Source: Selaginella moellendorffii (Eukaryota; Plantae; Lycopodiophyta). Taken from it: a stretch of DNA of 64,000 nucleotides. A program made the position numbers and the translations under genes. The stretch is taken from contig NW_003314276.1 in assembly GCF_000143415.4 (NCBI RefSeq), forward strand, positions 1,972,107 to 2,036,106. The letters are read 5' to 3'. Below the pieces are notes generated by a model that made no database searches, was not told the origin of the DNA, and saw nothing but the letters and a program-made list of their open reading frames with translations. This document shows positions 49,955 to 62,463 of the stretch, in pieces. How positions within the stretch are numbered: the stretch's first letter is position 1; each line of letters starts with the position of its first letter.

Positions 49955-51069
49955 TCGGGACCGAGACCGAGACCGAGACCGAGGCCGAGGCCGAGACCGA
50001 GCCCGAGCCCGAGTCCAAGTCCGAGTCCGAGTCCGAGTCCGAGTCCGAGTCCAAGTCCGAGTCCGGAGCCTGAGAGGGTGAAAGCCCAAAGCGTTTGTCT
50101 CCCAGACCCTGGGGGGTTCGGTGAGCTCCAAAAGTATAGTAGGGGGAGGACTGCAGTGGAGCCAGTTTAGCCAGGAAAGGCCAGTTTGGCCCAGGAAGGC
50201 CGGACCCAGTGTTGGGTGATGAGCTGCCCACTGGGAAGTCCAAGACTAGAGTGAACACGGACCGACAAGCGGGGTAGCTTGGTGAAGTGTTCAAGAGCCG
50301 GCTCTAGTTCCCCCGGGAGATCGACTGGCCGATGCTCCCAGTCCAAGTGTGGGTGGCACTACCTACTTGGATACCAGGCGTGGCTCAACGGAACCTCGCT
50401 CTAAGCCCATGGCTAGAGCACCTAAAGGCGATAGGTGGGGAGAGTACCCAGGTGGCTCGCGTAAGGCCACGGTGTTCCGAAATGTTGTCCCAAAGGCCCA
50501 GACTGTGGAAAGGAAGAGGAGCAGTCCTCTGGAGAAGTGACCAAAGACACAGTCGTGTGGTGAAGAAGTCCCAGAGGACCGTGGGACTTAGTGGTCGGGC
50601 CTGTGGGCCTCGATCCAGTGGCAGTGTTGGCAAACACGGCCAAGGGCAGAAAGGGACTTAGTGGGGACTGATAGAGGGATATTGGGGAAGGCTATTCCCC
50701 TTGTCAATGGGCATCCTAAGGATGCTAAGGAGTGGATCTGAGATCACCACTCACAGATGGTTTGCCTAGTCTTGGAGAGCCAAGACTGTGATGCAAGTGG
50801 TATTGGACTACCAGTGTGGCAAAGGTGATTGGGCATGGCCTTAGCGTAACGGGCTGCCATGTCGGTGGTACCTTTGAGTGTCGGTCATGGGATCAGACAC
50901 GTGGAGCACTTGGACCAAGTGTAAATGTTGAGTGGCATGGATGCCATTCTCGGGGCTAGCAAGTCCCAAGTCCTGGATTGGACTGATGGAGGTTGTGAAT
51001 GAGACTCCTCCAAGTGGTCGGAAGTGTGGTTAAGTGACTAAAGTAGAACGGAAAATTTAGTCTCTTACA
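43454..51069 (+). mobile_element. Complete non-autonomous LTR retroelement C (LARD-like), LTRs 43454-45210 and 49312-51069
   Basis: TG..CA LTRs about 99.7% identical outside the arrays; PBS TGGTATCGGAGC 45214-45225; PPT identical to element A; TSD CGGAT/CGAAT (1 mismatch); 4.1-kb interior without gag/pol ORFs. Confidence 0.93.
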
Positions 51070-51953
51070 CGAATGTTCTGATCGTCCAACACCTTCCTAT
51101 TGATCAAGTCTGGAAACCTCATCTCGCCCTTCATTGTTCGGTAGTAGGGGATCACGTTTGCGATGTCAGGTGTTACTGGACTTGCCAGCATCTTCTGCTT
51201 CAGTTTCTCCACCCACTCATCAGATACTAGCCTGTGGTTGTATTTTCTTTGGATGTCGATACGGCTCACGTCGATTGTATATACTTTGTTGGAATAGTAA
51301 CAAGTACTATTATCTGCGACGATTTTTGCTACCTCTTCTTGCTCTTTCTGCTCTTTGCGGCTCTTCTTTTTGGTGGGTGTAGTGTTCGAACCCGAGGCAA
51401 TGGCATCACCGAGTAGCTTCTTTTTTGGAGCAGGAGAGTCGGACGTCGGCTTGAGCTTGACCACCCTTTTCTGCTTCGGGGTAGTTTCCAGATCGACCCC
51501 CTTCCCCTTCGCTTTGCGAACTGGAGGCACTCTCAACGGCTCAATGTTGGAATATAGTTTTTGAACATCGCCGTAGGTGAGGTCCGTGGATTCCATGTGA
51601 TCTTCATAGACCTGCAGCGTCTTTGAAATTGTGGGCGTCCTGGACAACCTCTCCCTAGCTCCCTCTAGGAATTCCTCATAGCCGCTGCCCCCCTCCGGGA
51701 AGCCGCTAGGATGTGCAAGGTGGATCTTGAAGGCGGATGCTGTCTCTACCACAAGTGCCAGTCCATATTCTTGCATGGAACTGCATGGAGTGTCTGTCAC
51801 TTGGATGAGGATCCCTATGCATTCTTTTCTCCCACCATCTGTGTTGTACAGCCTCAGATCCTCGCCTTCCATCCCGAAAGTCCAACTGGTGAGCTCCTCC
51901 CCCTTTTCTGCATCCACATTGACAGTGGCTGGAAGAAGAACGCAATTCCTCGC
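51070..51953 (-). pseudogene. N-terminal part of the split ParB/Srx-like gene
   Basis: Open frame of ~295 codons after acceptor GAACAG (51954). It has a Lys-rich linker, then VYTIDVSRIDI..YNHRLVSDEWVEKLKQKM..P..ANVIP, resembling the ParB N-terminal region. Confidence 0.55.
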
Positions 51954-53209
51954 CTGTTCAAAAATGCATAACAATTAGAGCTGATAGATGAAAAGCTAGC
52001 AGCTGGAAATAACGTGAGGCCACACGCCATTCACCACTGCATCAGATGTCTTGAGGCTGCATCCTAAGATGGCGTGAGGCTACACGCCATCTGTAACCGG
52101 ATTGCACTCGAGAGCCCAATCGGTGCATGCCAATGTTGCTACTGAATGGCATGTGGCCTCATGCCATTTTCTACTTGGCCTAAAAGACTTACCATTTGAA
52201 GCCGAATGGAGGCGTGACAATCGAGGCCGGACTCGCTGGCGAATGTGCACTGTGTGTGCAGCAGATCGTAGTAGCAAGGCTACTCTGCCACTTACAGTTG
52301 GAGAGTGGCGCTGAAATCTCCCGGGACGCCAAGTGGGCTGCATGTGGGTGGCGGAGTGGGCGGCGGAGTTGGAGGCGAAGTTACAAACTGGGTGTGTCTT
52401 GAAGTGGACGCCGATGCACACGAGCGCGAGTGTGATGCAAGCGCAAGTGGACGTCGATGCACACGAGAAACCTGTAGAGAAGGTAGATGAGCGCGAATGT
52501 GAGCGTGATCGCAAGTGGGAGCGTGATGCGAGCGCGAGTACGATGCAAAACCTAACCTCACACGCGTGAAATGTCACGACGGTTGGTAATCCCGCAACGT
52601 CATCATTCCTCGGACTTGGGCGCCACCATTAATTTCTGGATCGCCGTGCGCATGCATGCACGTGAAATCCAAAAGAAATCCGCAACGTCATCATTCCTTG
52701 GACTGCATGCACGCGAAATCCAAAAGAAAGATCATGATTGGGATATTATTTAATACCCTCGCTATATTTATACCATGCATGATTGGATATTCCAAAGCAT
52801 CTTGTATTTCCAAAAATGCCAGATGTTCAGCTAAATAAAGAATGGTATACAATGTCCTTCTTGATGACTCTGCAAAGAAGCATCTCGATCGGACACCACA
52901 TGAGACCACACGAGCCTTACAATGTTTCAGGGGCATTTGCCATAGATCCGACCGTTATTTTGCTCCAAGATTTTACAGTTTGGTGTGCATTGACCTTTCC
53001 ATCGACACTGCAAAGGGACATCACAATCAGATGCAGGATCACAAGAAACTAACTTCACTAACTCTGGTTTCACCAAGATCTATGTAAGGAGTTATGAAAT
53101 GAATGGACCCTCTCTATTGAAATGTGTTTATGGTCCTAGGGGCATTGTGACATATCAAAGGATTTTGCATCAAGTTCTGTATTTGCATGTTTATCAAGCT
53201 ACTGAATTG

Positions 53210-53236
53210 CTAAACCCTAAACCCTAAACCCTAAAC
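53210..53236 (+). repeat. Interstitial plant telomeric repeat (CCCTAAA) x3.5
   Basis: CTAAACCCTAAACCCTAAACCCTAAAC; mirrored at 63750-63776. Confidence 0.85.
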
Positions 53237-53376
53237 ATGTGGCAAATGCTGCGTGAAGAAAGATGCCCTTTCTGGGCAAATGCTGTAAGAGGCAGATGCC
53301 GAGCAAATGTATCTCAGGCTAGTGAAGGGGACAAACGAAAGCTAGCTATAAACATGACGGGATGCAAATAGATTAC

Positions 53377-53711
53377 TGTCAAGACCCCTAACAAGATCAA
53401 GACTGGAAAATGCAAAAAGACAAAGAGAAAAGCTAGTAGAAACAAAGAAGAGGCCTTAGATTGGCGTTGATTCAGATTGTGGAGAAATGGAACAAGGCTA
53501 ACCTATATATACTATAGGTTGATGAAGCTCCACCACTCTTGGATCGAGGACGGCCTAAATATAGCTGAGGTCAAGGAGGCGCCACATCATCATCAGGAAT
53601 GTGGCTCGAGACTCAGGAATCGGGAAGTGTCTCGAGAGTCAGGAATATGGTCTGCAGGTCAGGAATCCGGCGAGAGTTAGGAATGTGGCAAGAATTGGGG
53701 GATTCCTGACA
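53377..53711. mobile_element. 335-bp solo LTR
   Basis: TGTCAAGA..TCCTGACA with 5-bp TSD ATTAC (53372-53376, 53712-53716); internal TATATATA; empty site in the right arm at ~63610. Confidence 0.85.
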
Positions 53712-54840
53712 ATTACTAGGCTGGTCCTGCGAAAATCAAAAACCATAATTGAAAACATTGAAAATGCAAAAAGAAAGGTTTATAATATTTTTGAATTTTA
53801 AGCAACCAAAGGAATGTAAGTAGGGCATGTGTTTATAAGTTTAAAAATGCCTCAACTACTTAAATTCCCAAGTAAATAAAGCTATTTCTATTTTTGGTAC
53901 AGGTAAACTTTATAGCGTGTGGGCTCATGCAATTTTGAACCCAAAAATGCACCAAAAAATGCTCGACTAGCATTATTCTTTGAATGGCGTGTGGCCTTAT
54001 ATTGCCATAAATGGACGTACACACACAGCATAATTATTCCTTTACACGGCGAATAATCTTGGCGCGGATCGCTGACATGGCATGGCAAAGTTCGAATCAC
54101 TGACATGGCACAGCTGGATCGAGGCAAGGACATGATGTGACAAAGTTCAACCTCCGACAGCAAAGTCTAGAAGCTACTCAGTTTGAAATTTGTCAGAGGA
54201 ATCATAAAATCTGGTTTGTCAGAGGATTTGATGTGACGTTCAAGCGTGTGTTATTTTTGAATTCTCGAACTCATTCCTAGGTCTATCATTTTTGTGCGCT
54301 GTGTTCTTGGTTCCGCTGAGCACAGTGAGCGCTGCTTGTGTAAGCGGCGTTGTGAGCTGTGGTTTATGCGTCTACGAGCGGTTGCGGCATTGCGAGCGCC
54401 ATTGCGAGCGGCAGTTTATGCGAGTGGCAGTTTGTGCGAGCGGCGCTACGAGTAGTTGCGGTGTTGCGAGTGGCACTGTCTTTGGTGTGGCTACCGCTTC
54501 CTCTTGATATTCGGCACTTGTGCTTCCTGGTATGTTCACCATGGAATGGCTTAGGACCACATTTAGAAATGGCATGAGGCCACATGCCATCTTGGGCCCT
54601 TGCAATTTCATGGCTAGCGTATTGTCATGTATGTTTTTACTTGCCTGCAGCTGTGTGTATATCAAGATGGCATGAGGCCTCATGCCAATTTTGTGAATGC
54701 AAAATTTCACGTGGGTGTCAATAGCATGTTTGAATAATGGCATGTGGCCTCATGCTATTGAGGTTGTTTGGTATGTTATGATTTAGGCCATTCTCCAATC
54801 ATTTTTTGTATGGTCTTAACTTCTTTTCTGCACTTTCAGA

Positions 54841-57662
54841 ATGGCCTCCGCAAGTGCGACGCATGTTCCCTCCGTGGATCTTAAGAACCGTGCTACATGG
54901 AATCAGGCAAAGGTGTTTCTAAACAACCCCGAGGGGGAGGTGGTAGCTGAGGGCTTAGCCACAGTTGTCGATCCAAGAGATGCGGTTGCTAATCAAGAAT
55001 TGGGCTGGGATGATATTGGAGTTGCGATTTTAGAGGTTGTTGACACAGAAGAAAACAGTCTGACTATTGGAAGCATTGTGCGGTGGAAATTGAGGCACTT
55101 AGTGTTTGAGAATGTGAAGGATTCACAATCAAACACCACTACAACTGATGACAGAACATCTCTTCATGGGAAAAGAAAGTACACCTTCCTAAAGTGCAGC
55201 CAAAGGGATCTGAGCAACGAACCGAAAAGGCAGAAAATGGCGATGAAGGTTCGAATGGTCTCGACAGTTGCTTGTTGCAAGAGGAGGTGCTGTCAACATG
55301 CTGATTGGGATGCTATTGAATAGGAGAGAGCAAGATACAAGATATTGTCCTGGAAGGCAGCTCGCAATTTTGTGTATGAGGCATTACGGTCATCTGTTGA
55401 TGCTTCAGAACATCAGGTGGGGGGCATGGTCTTCCAGAGGGGTTTGGTCTGCATGAAGGCATGGAGAATCATTTATGGAGTCCCTCGAACCACATTCTAC
55501 AGAATCAAAACTGAGTTCGAGGAACAAAGGGTTCAACAGGCAGTCCATGGGAACGACGGTACTCACAAAACCAGGGGTCATGTTGTATATGGAGAGGCAA
55601 TCTTCAAGAAGTTTGTCGAGACATGTAGCGAGCAGCATCCACATAAAACCCGCCTCTTGGAAGATGGAACTCAAGACACCCAACGAGTTCTCCCTTCCAT
55701 GTATACCAAGGGGGCCATATTGGAAGATGTGAATCGGGAACTCCAGAGTAATGGCTACAGGAAGCTGAGCCAATCTAGATTTAGTAGATTGTGGAGCAAC
55801 AGGTTCAAGGATGTGAGTATAGGAAAGTACTCCAGCTTTTCAAAGTGTGACGAGTGCACTGCTATCAAAATGGCTTTGTCGAAGAATTCTTGCAGCGCTC
55901 AAGTGCGAGAGACATTGGTTAGAAGGCAGCTCGACCACAACATCGAGTAGAGAAGTTGCAGGACTGCTTATTATCATAACAGGATTTTCTCCATGGAGAG
56001 ACCTGACTCTTACCTCTGCATCATCCACGACAAAATGGACCAGAAAAAGACATGCTTACCTCAACTCAATCCTGCCCCCAAGGCAATCTCTTCATCCATG
56101 CAGCTGCCTGTGTCTCTGTTTGGCATAATCGCTCATGGGCATGGTGTCCAGAACTATGGGAACTTCTTTGTACCTCTATGGGGTGGCGGGGGTGCAAACA
56201 TGATGATTGCGTCCCCAACAAAACACTTAAGGTCTCTGCAAAGTGCGTAGACTGAGCTGAACGGCCAACCCTTGCATAAGGCCCTTGTCGATCGAACCCC
56301 ATACAGGGTTCAGCTGGAGGAGGAGCAAAGGCTTGCAGTATCGCGTGGGGCCCCATGCCATCCCAGTGATGTTGGCCGTCAGATTGTAGGGTTATCACGT
56401 GAGGCCTCATGCCATTCTGACGAGGCTGGTCGCCCGGTGAATGCACAGCCTCATCCAAACGAAGCAGAATCTCAAGGAAGTTCTTGCGGCTGATGTGGCC
56501 TTCCACCCAATCTTCTGCTCCAAACAGACAATGCTGGCAATGAGAACAAAAACATGTACGTCTTCGCATACTTGGCGATGCTTGTTGCCAAAGGCATATT
56601 TGAAACGGTTACACTTGGCTTTCTCATGGTTGGGCACACTCATGAAGACATCGATGCCATGTTCAGTCACCTGGCAGAGTCCCTCTGGCGATCCAATGTC
56701 CTCACCCTCCCACAGCTCTACGATGAATTCCAAAATTGCATCAAAGGCACTGTTGAAGCTGCACTTCTGACAGAGGTTCCAGACTTTAAGGGGTTTATAA
56801 GAGGCTACATCAGGGACAGATCCGAAATGCTGATTGGCCACTCCAAGCCTCTTCAGTTTCATTTCAGCATGCGTGACGGTGCTCCAGTGATGAGGTACAA
56901 GATGAGAGAATGGGACACAGTGTGGCTGCCAGTGGACAGCATTGAACTCTTCAAGAGAGATCCCATAACTGGGGACCTATGATTCCTCAGGGTTCCCCAC
57001 GGCCAATGCACCCGGATGGACTCAAAGACCAGGAAAGTATAGTGGCCGGGATTAGACAGCATATTGCCTTCTGGAAGAGGGGGTTGGTGTTTAGTGGAGA
57101 ATCCTATTTTCAGAGGTGCAAGCCTTTGCTCGAATACTGGGAGAAGATTATATCTGCTATCCAAAATGGGCCGGTTGTATATGAAGAATTGGAAGAGTCC
57201 TTTTGGCCAGAACCTAGAGCACCAGATAGTAGCGGAACAATGTCCTCTAGAAATGCAGTGACAGATAATGATGTTGAGGATCACTATTGTGGGCTGAGGA
57301 ACAAGAAGCCGGATTCAGCATTCAATCCAGTACAGGTCTGCAAAGGAATGGTCGTGCTTGTCAGACCCAGTAATAAAAAACAAATGATATGGGTGGGGCG
57401 CTGCATCACTAATGCAGAGGAGGACGCGGAAACTAACTCCTTCAATGTAACTGTGGAGTGGTTCAAGCCAAATTCCAGATATACGAAGGATTGCCTAGAA
57501 AAGAGATGGGTGCTGAATCCAAGGGATCCCAGCATGAGCATATCAGTGGATAATGTTGTGCATGGTTGGATGCGGAAGCAGAGTGCCACCATCACCTTGC
57601 CAGACCATGCAAGAGATGCAGCAAGAGCATTCATAACCCGGGTTCAAGGTGAGATTCATTAA
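54841..57662 (+). pseudogene. Sola1-like DDD transposase pseudogene (left copy)
   Basis: FSKCDEC, IIHDKMDQKKT.LP, LLQTDNAGNENKN and FLMVGHTHEDIDAMFS motifs; stops at 55321, 55948, 56248 and 56491; frameshift ~56978; 240-bp 5' deletion relative to the right copy. Confidence 0.75.
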
Positions 57663-57715
57663 TATTCCTTTACTAAGTTTCTAATGTATTTTATTTCAAC
57701 ATAAATATTACAATT

Positions 57716-57879
57716 AGATATGTTTAGCCCCTGGACAAAAAACATGGGCATGGTGTCTCTTGCATGCTCTATTTCGTTAAAGTGGGATTTATTCAGTAAA
57801 ATGGGACTAGGTACAAATTTTCAAGTATTTGAAAATGACGTGAAATTATATGGTTTTTGTCCAGGGGCTAGACATATCT
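57716..57879. repeat. Small inverted repeat (~30-bp arms) at the junction of the two transposon copies
   Basis: AGATATGTTTAGCCCCTGGACAAAAAACAT ... ATGGTTTTTGTCCAGGGGCTAGACATATCT; encloses the putative terminus at 57766-57787. Confidence 0.75.
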
Positions 57880-59352
57880 GGGGCATGGTGACTAGCGCGG
57901 TGACTTTGTGTCCAGACTAAGTCCATCTGGTTGTATAATAAATCTCATTGTCAAGATGAACAAGCCGAATCTGAAGCTAAAGAAGAGCAATGGCATGCGC
58001 GCACACACTATTTGTTTGTTCATTGAGCGTGTGGTGAGCTTTCCAAGATGAACGTCATTCCTATTAGCCAGACATATAACTTAATGGTGAGAACATTTAG
58101 ATATTATTCAATGTTATCTTTTTCTAACGAATCTAATTGTGAAGGTGTAGCAAGAGGCATTGCTAGTCTGGAGAAGTCATTTAACTCATTTGACCCTTAG
58201 TGTATTTTCATGAAACTAAATAACATTCATATTATTAAGGAATTTCTCTAGTACCTTTTTTTTACGACATAGAGGCTTGCATTTCTTTCAAAGGTGATTT
58301 AGTAAAAGGCCTGAGGGCACATGCCATTCTATTTCTCAGACCGGTATTAAGATATACTAGTGCAAAGGGAAAAAGGTATTTGGTGATTAAGTAAATGGCA
58401 TGAGGGCACACGCCATTATAAGCCTAAGCGCTAGTGGACACCTCCTTTTTGGTACTCTCAGCGGTACTATCATCCTTCTCCGGGTCAATTGTTTTGCTTT
58501 GGATTGTTGTCTCTGACGTTACTGGGGTGTTCTCGATAGTTGTTAATGTTGCCATTTGTTCAGAAAAATGATCACCTGGAGTATAGTACAGAGAGTTTGG
58601 AAGACTTATATATTCTACATCTTCACCTATCTCCTTCTCCGTCTCCTTTTCTACCTCACTTATAGATTTTGTGCTTGCCATGAGAACGCTCTTCACCCTA
58701 AAATATGGAGTTCGTTGTGTTATAAAAGGAAACCAACACACACGCTGCAAGGGAATGATGGTACATAAAGCACGTAAACCCACAATATGGGTTTATGTGC
58801 CATTAATATGGGCCACACGCCATATTATTAGATTTATGCACGTGTGATTGGTAAATGCATATGTCACATCATCTTTGTTTTACCTCACACATTATGTCAG
58901 GCCTAATGAACCATATCACATGTGCGCACATGCTATATATATGGAGAAGTATTATGCAAGGATAGAAAAATTCAATGCATGATTGTGGAGAGCAATGGCA
59001 TGAAGCCACATGCTAAATAACATTTTAGAGAAAGAATTAAAATAAAAACATGCAAACAGTACTAAGTGGACCAAGACTTAGAAGTGCACAATTGAATGAG
59101 GTATTTCTAATAAATACTTCACTCACCTCATATAGGAATGGCTACCACTCTCAAATGGCGTATCGCCTCATGCCATCACCTCGCAATTTGTTATAACAAT
59201 CCGATGAATTCATATTCGGCTTGTTCACCTTGAACTTTAAGTAAGATTTGCTAGAACAACTAAGAATTTATACTTGTTATTTGTATCATCTCACCTAGGA
59301 ATGGCGTAAGGCCACATGCCATCACGCCTCCTCTGATTTAGATTCGGATTGT

Positions 59353-62300
59353 TCACCTTGAAATAAAATACATTAGAAACTTAGTAAAGGAATATTCATG
59401 AATCTCACCTTGAACCCGGGTTATGAATGCTCTTGCTGCATCTCTTGCATGGTCTGGCAAGGTGATAGTGGCACTCTGCTTCCGCATCCAACCATGCACA
59501 ACATTATCCACCGATATGCTCATGTTGGGATCCCTTGGATTCAGCACCCATCTCTTTTCTAGGCAATCCTTCGTATATCCGGAACTTGGCTTGAACCACT
59601 CCACAGTTACATTGAAGGAGTTAGTTTCCGCGTCCTCCTCTGCATTAGTGATGCAGCGCCCCACCCATATCATTTGTTTTTTATTACTGGGTCTGACAAG
59701 CACGACCATTCCTTTGCAGACCTGTACTGGATTGAATGCTGAATCCGGCTTCTTGTTCCTCAACCCACAATAGTGATCCTCAACATCGTTATCTGTCACT
59801 GCATTTCCAGAGGACATTGTTCCGCTACTATCTGGTGCTCTGGGTTCTGGCCAAAAGGACTCTTCCAATTCTTCATATACAACTGGCCCATTTTGGATAG
59901 CAGATATAATCTTCTCCCAGTATTCGAGCAAAGGCTTGCACCTCTGAAAATAGGATTCTCCACCAAACACCAACCCCCTCTTCCAGAAGGCAATATGCTG
60001 TCTAATCTCGGCCACTATACTTTCCTGGTCTTTGAGTCCATCCGGGTGCATCGGCCGTGGGGAACCCTGAGGAATTATAGGTTCCCCAGTTATGGGATCT
60101 CTCTTGAAGAGTTCAATGCCGTCCACTGGCAGCCACACTGTGTCCCATTCTCTCATCTTGTACCTCATCACTAGAGCACCGTCACACATGCTGAAATGAA
60201 ACTGAAGAGGCTTGGAGTGGCTAATCAGCGTTTTGGATCCGTCCCTGATGTAGCCTCTTACAAACCCCTTAAAGTCTGGAACCTCTGTCAGAAGTGCAGC
60301 TTCAACAGTGCCTTTGATGCAATTTTGGAATTCATCGTAGAGTTGTGGGAGGGTGAGGACATTGGATCGCCGGAGGGACTCTGCCAGGTGACTGAACATG
60401 GCATCGACATCTTCATGAGTGTGCCCAACCATGAGAAAGCCAAGTGTAACCGTTTCAAATATGTCTTTGGCAACAAACATCGCCAAGTACGCAAAGACGT
60501 ACATGTTTTTGTTCTCACTGCCAGCATTGTCTGTTTGGAGTAGAAGATGGGGTGGAAGGCCACATCGGCCGCAAGAACTTCCTTGAGATTCTGCTTCGTT
60601 TGGATGAGGCTGTGCATTCACCGGGCGACTAGCCTCGTCGGAATGGCATGAGGCCTCACGTGATAACCCTACAATCTGACGGCCAACATATTCACTGGGA
60701 TGGCATGGGGCCCCACGCGATACTGCAAGCCTTTGCTCCTCCTCCAGCTGAACCCTGTATGGGGTTCGATCGACAAGGGCCTTATGCAAGGGTTGGCCGT
60801 TCAGCTCAGTCTGTGCACTTTGCAGAGACCTTAAGTGTTTTGCTAGGGACGCAATCATCATGTTTGCACCCCCGCCACCCCATAGAGGTACAAAGAAGTT
60901 CCCATAGTTCTGGGCACCATGCCCATGAGCGATTATGCCAAACAGAGACACATGCAGCTGCATGGATGAAGAGATTGCCTTGGGGGCAGGATTGAGTCGA
61001 GGTAAGCACGTCTTTTTCTGGTCCATTTTGTCGTGGATGATGCAGAGGTAAGAGTCAGGTCTCTCCATGGAGAAAATCCTGTTATGATAATATGCAGTCC
61101 TGCAGCTTCTCTGCTCGATGTTGTGGTCGAGCCGCCTTCTAACCAACATCTCTCACACTTGAGCGCTGCAAGAATTCTTCGACAAAGCCATTTTGATAGC
61201 ACTGCACTCGTCACACTTTGAAAAGCTGGAGTACTTTCCTATACTCACATCCCTGAACCTGTTGCTCCACAATCTACTAAATCTAGATTGGCTCAGCTTC
61301 CTGTAGCCATTACTCTGGAGTTCCCGATTCACATCTTCCAATATGGCCCCCTTGGTATACATGGAAGGGAGAACTCGTTGGGTGTCTCGTGTTCCATCTT
61401 CCAAGAGGCGGGTTTTATGTGGTTGTTGCTCGCTACATGTCTCGACAAACCTCTTGAAGATTGCCTCTCTATATACAACATGACCCCTGGTTTTGTGCAT
61501 ACCGTCATTCCTATGGACTGCCTATTGAACCCTTTGTTCCTCGAACTCAGTTTTGATTCTGTAGAATGTGGTTCGAGGGACTCCATAAATGATTCTCCAT
61601 GCCTTCATGCAGACCAAACCCCTCTGGAAGACCATGCCCCCCACCTGATGTTCTGAAGCATCAACAGATGACCATAATGCCTCATACACAAAATTGCGAG
61701 CTGCCTTCCAGGATAATGTCTTGTATCTTGCTCTCTCCTCTTCAATAGCATCCCAATCAGCATGTTGACAGCACCTCCTCTTGCAACAAGCAACTGTCGA
61801 GACCATTCGAACCTCCATCGCCATTTTCTGCCTTTTCGGTTCGTTGCTCAGATCCCTTTGGCTGCGCTTTAGGAAGGTGTACTTTCTTTTCCCATGAAGA
61901 GATGTTCTGTCATCAGTTGTAGTGGTGTTTAATTGTGAATCCTTCACATTCTCAAACACTAAGTGCCTCAATTTCCACCGCACAATGCTTCCAATAGTCA
62001 GACTGTTTTCTTCTGTGTCAACAACCTCTAAAATCGCAACTCCAATATCATCCCAGCCCAATTCTTGATTAGCAACCGCATCTCTTGGATCGACAACTGT
62101 GGCTAAGCCCTCAGCTACCACCTCCCCCTCGGGGTTGTTTAGAAACACCTTCGCCTGAATCCATGTAGCACGGTTCTTAAGATCCACGGAGGGAACATGC
62201 GTCGCACTTGCGCTGTCCCCAACATCTGCTTTCTTTTGAAGATTTTTCAAGGCAACAACAACATTTACCCCGACGACCATCTCTCCTCGTTCAATAGCGA

Positions 62301-62463
62301 CCACATTCCCATCGAAGACAGTCTCTACTGATACAGCAGCATTGCCTTCCCCAAGCCTTTGACAGTGTATAACAAAGTTCCGATCCATAGACACAAGGGT
62401 CCCTTTTGCAACTCTCTTCCCACCATTCAAAATGTAAATCATTTCCCCAACCCTGAAGGCCAT
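59353..62463 (-). pseudogene. Sola1-like DDD transposase (right copy), ~1036 codons in a single frame with two nonsense mutations
   Basis: ORFs 62463-61522, 61500-61153 and 61149-59353 share one frame; TAG/TGA correspond to CAG/CGA in the left copy; same catalytic motifs. Confidence 0.8.

Larger units (their letters stand above)
32784..57699. mobile_element. Large cargo-carrying DNA transposon (Sola-like transposase, ParB/MTase-like gene, FCP1-like phosphatase) with nested LTR elements
   Basis: Begins where element B homology stops, with GCTCTATTTCGTTAAAGTGGGA (also at 57766). An element-specific 22-bp palindrome occurs throughout. Transposase at 54841-57662. Confidence 0.65.

Noticed and set aside
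58424-58783. 119-aa acidic ORF in the inverted-repeat spacer
   Set aside because: Short and low-complexity, with no recognisable motif or second copy in the window to test conservation.
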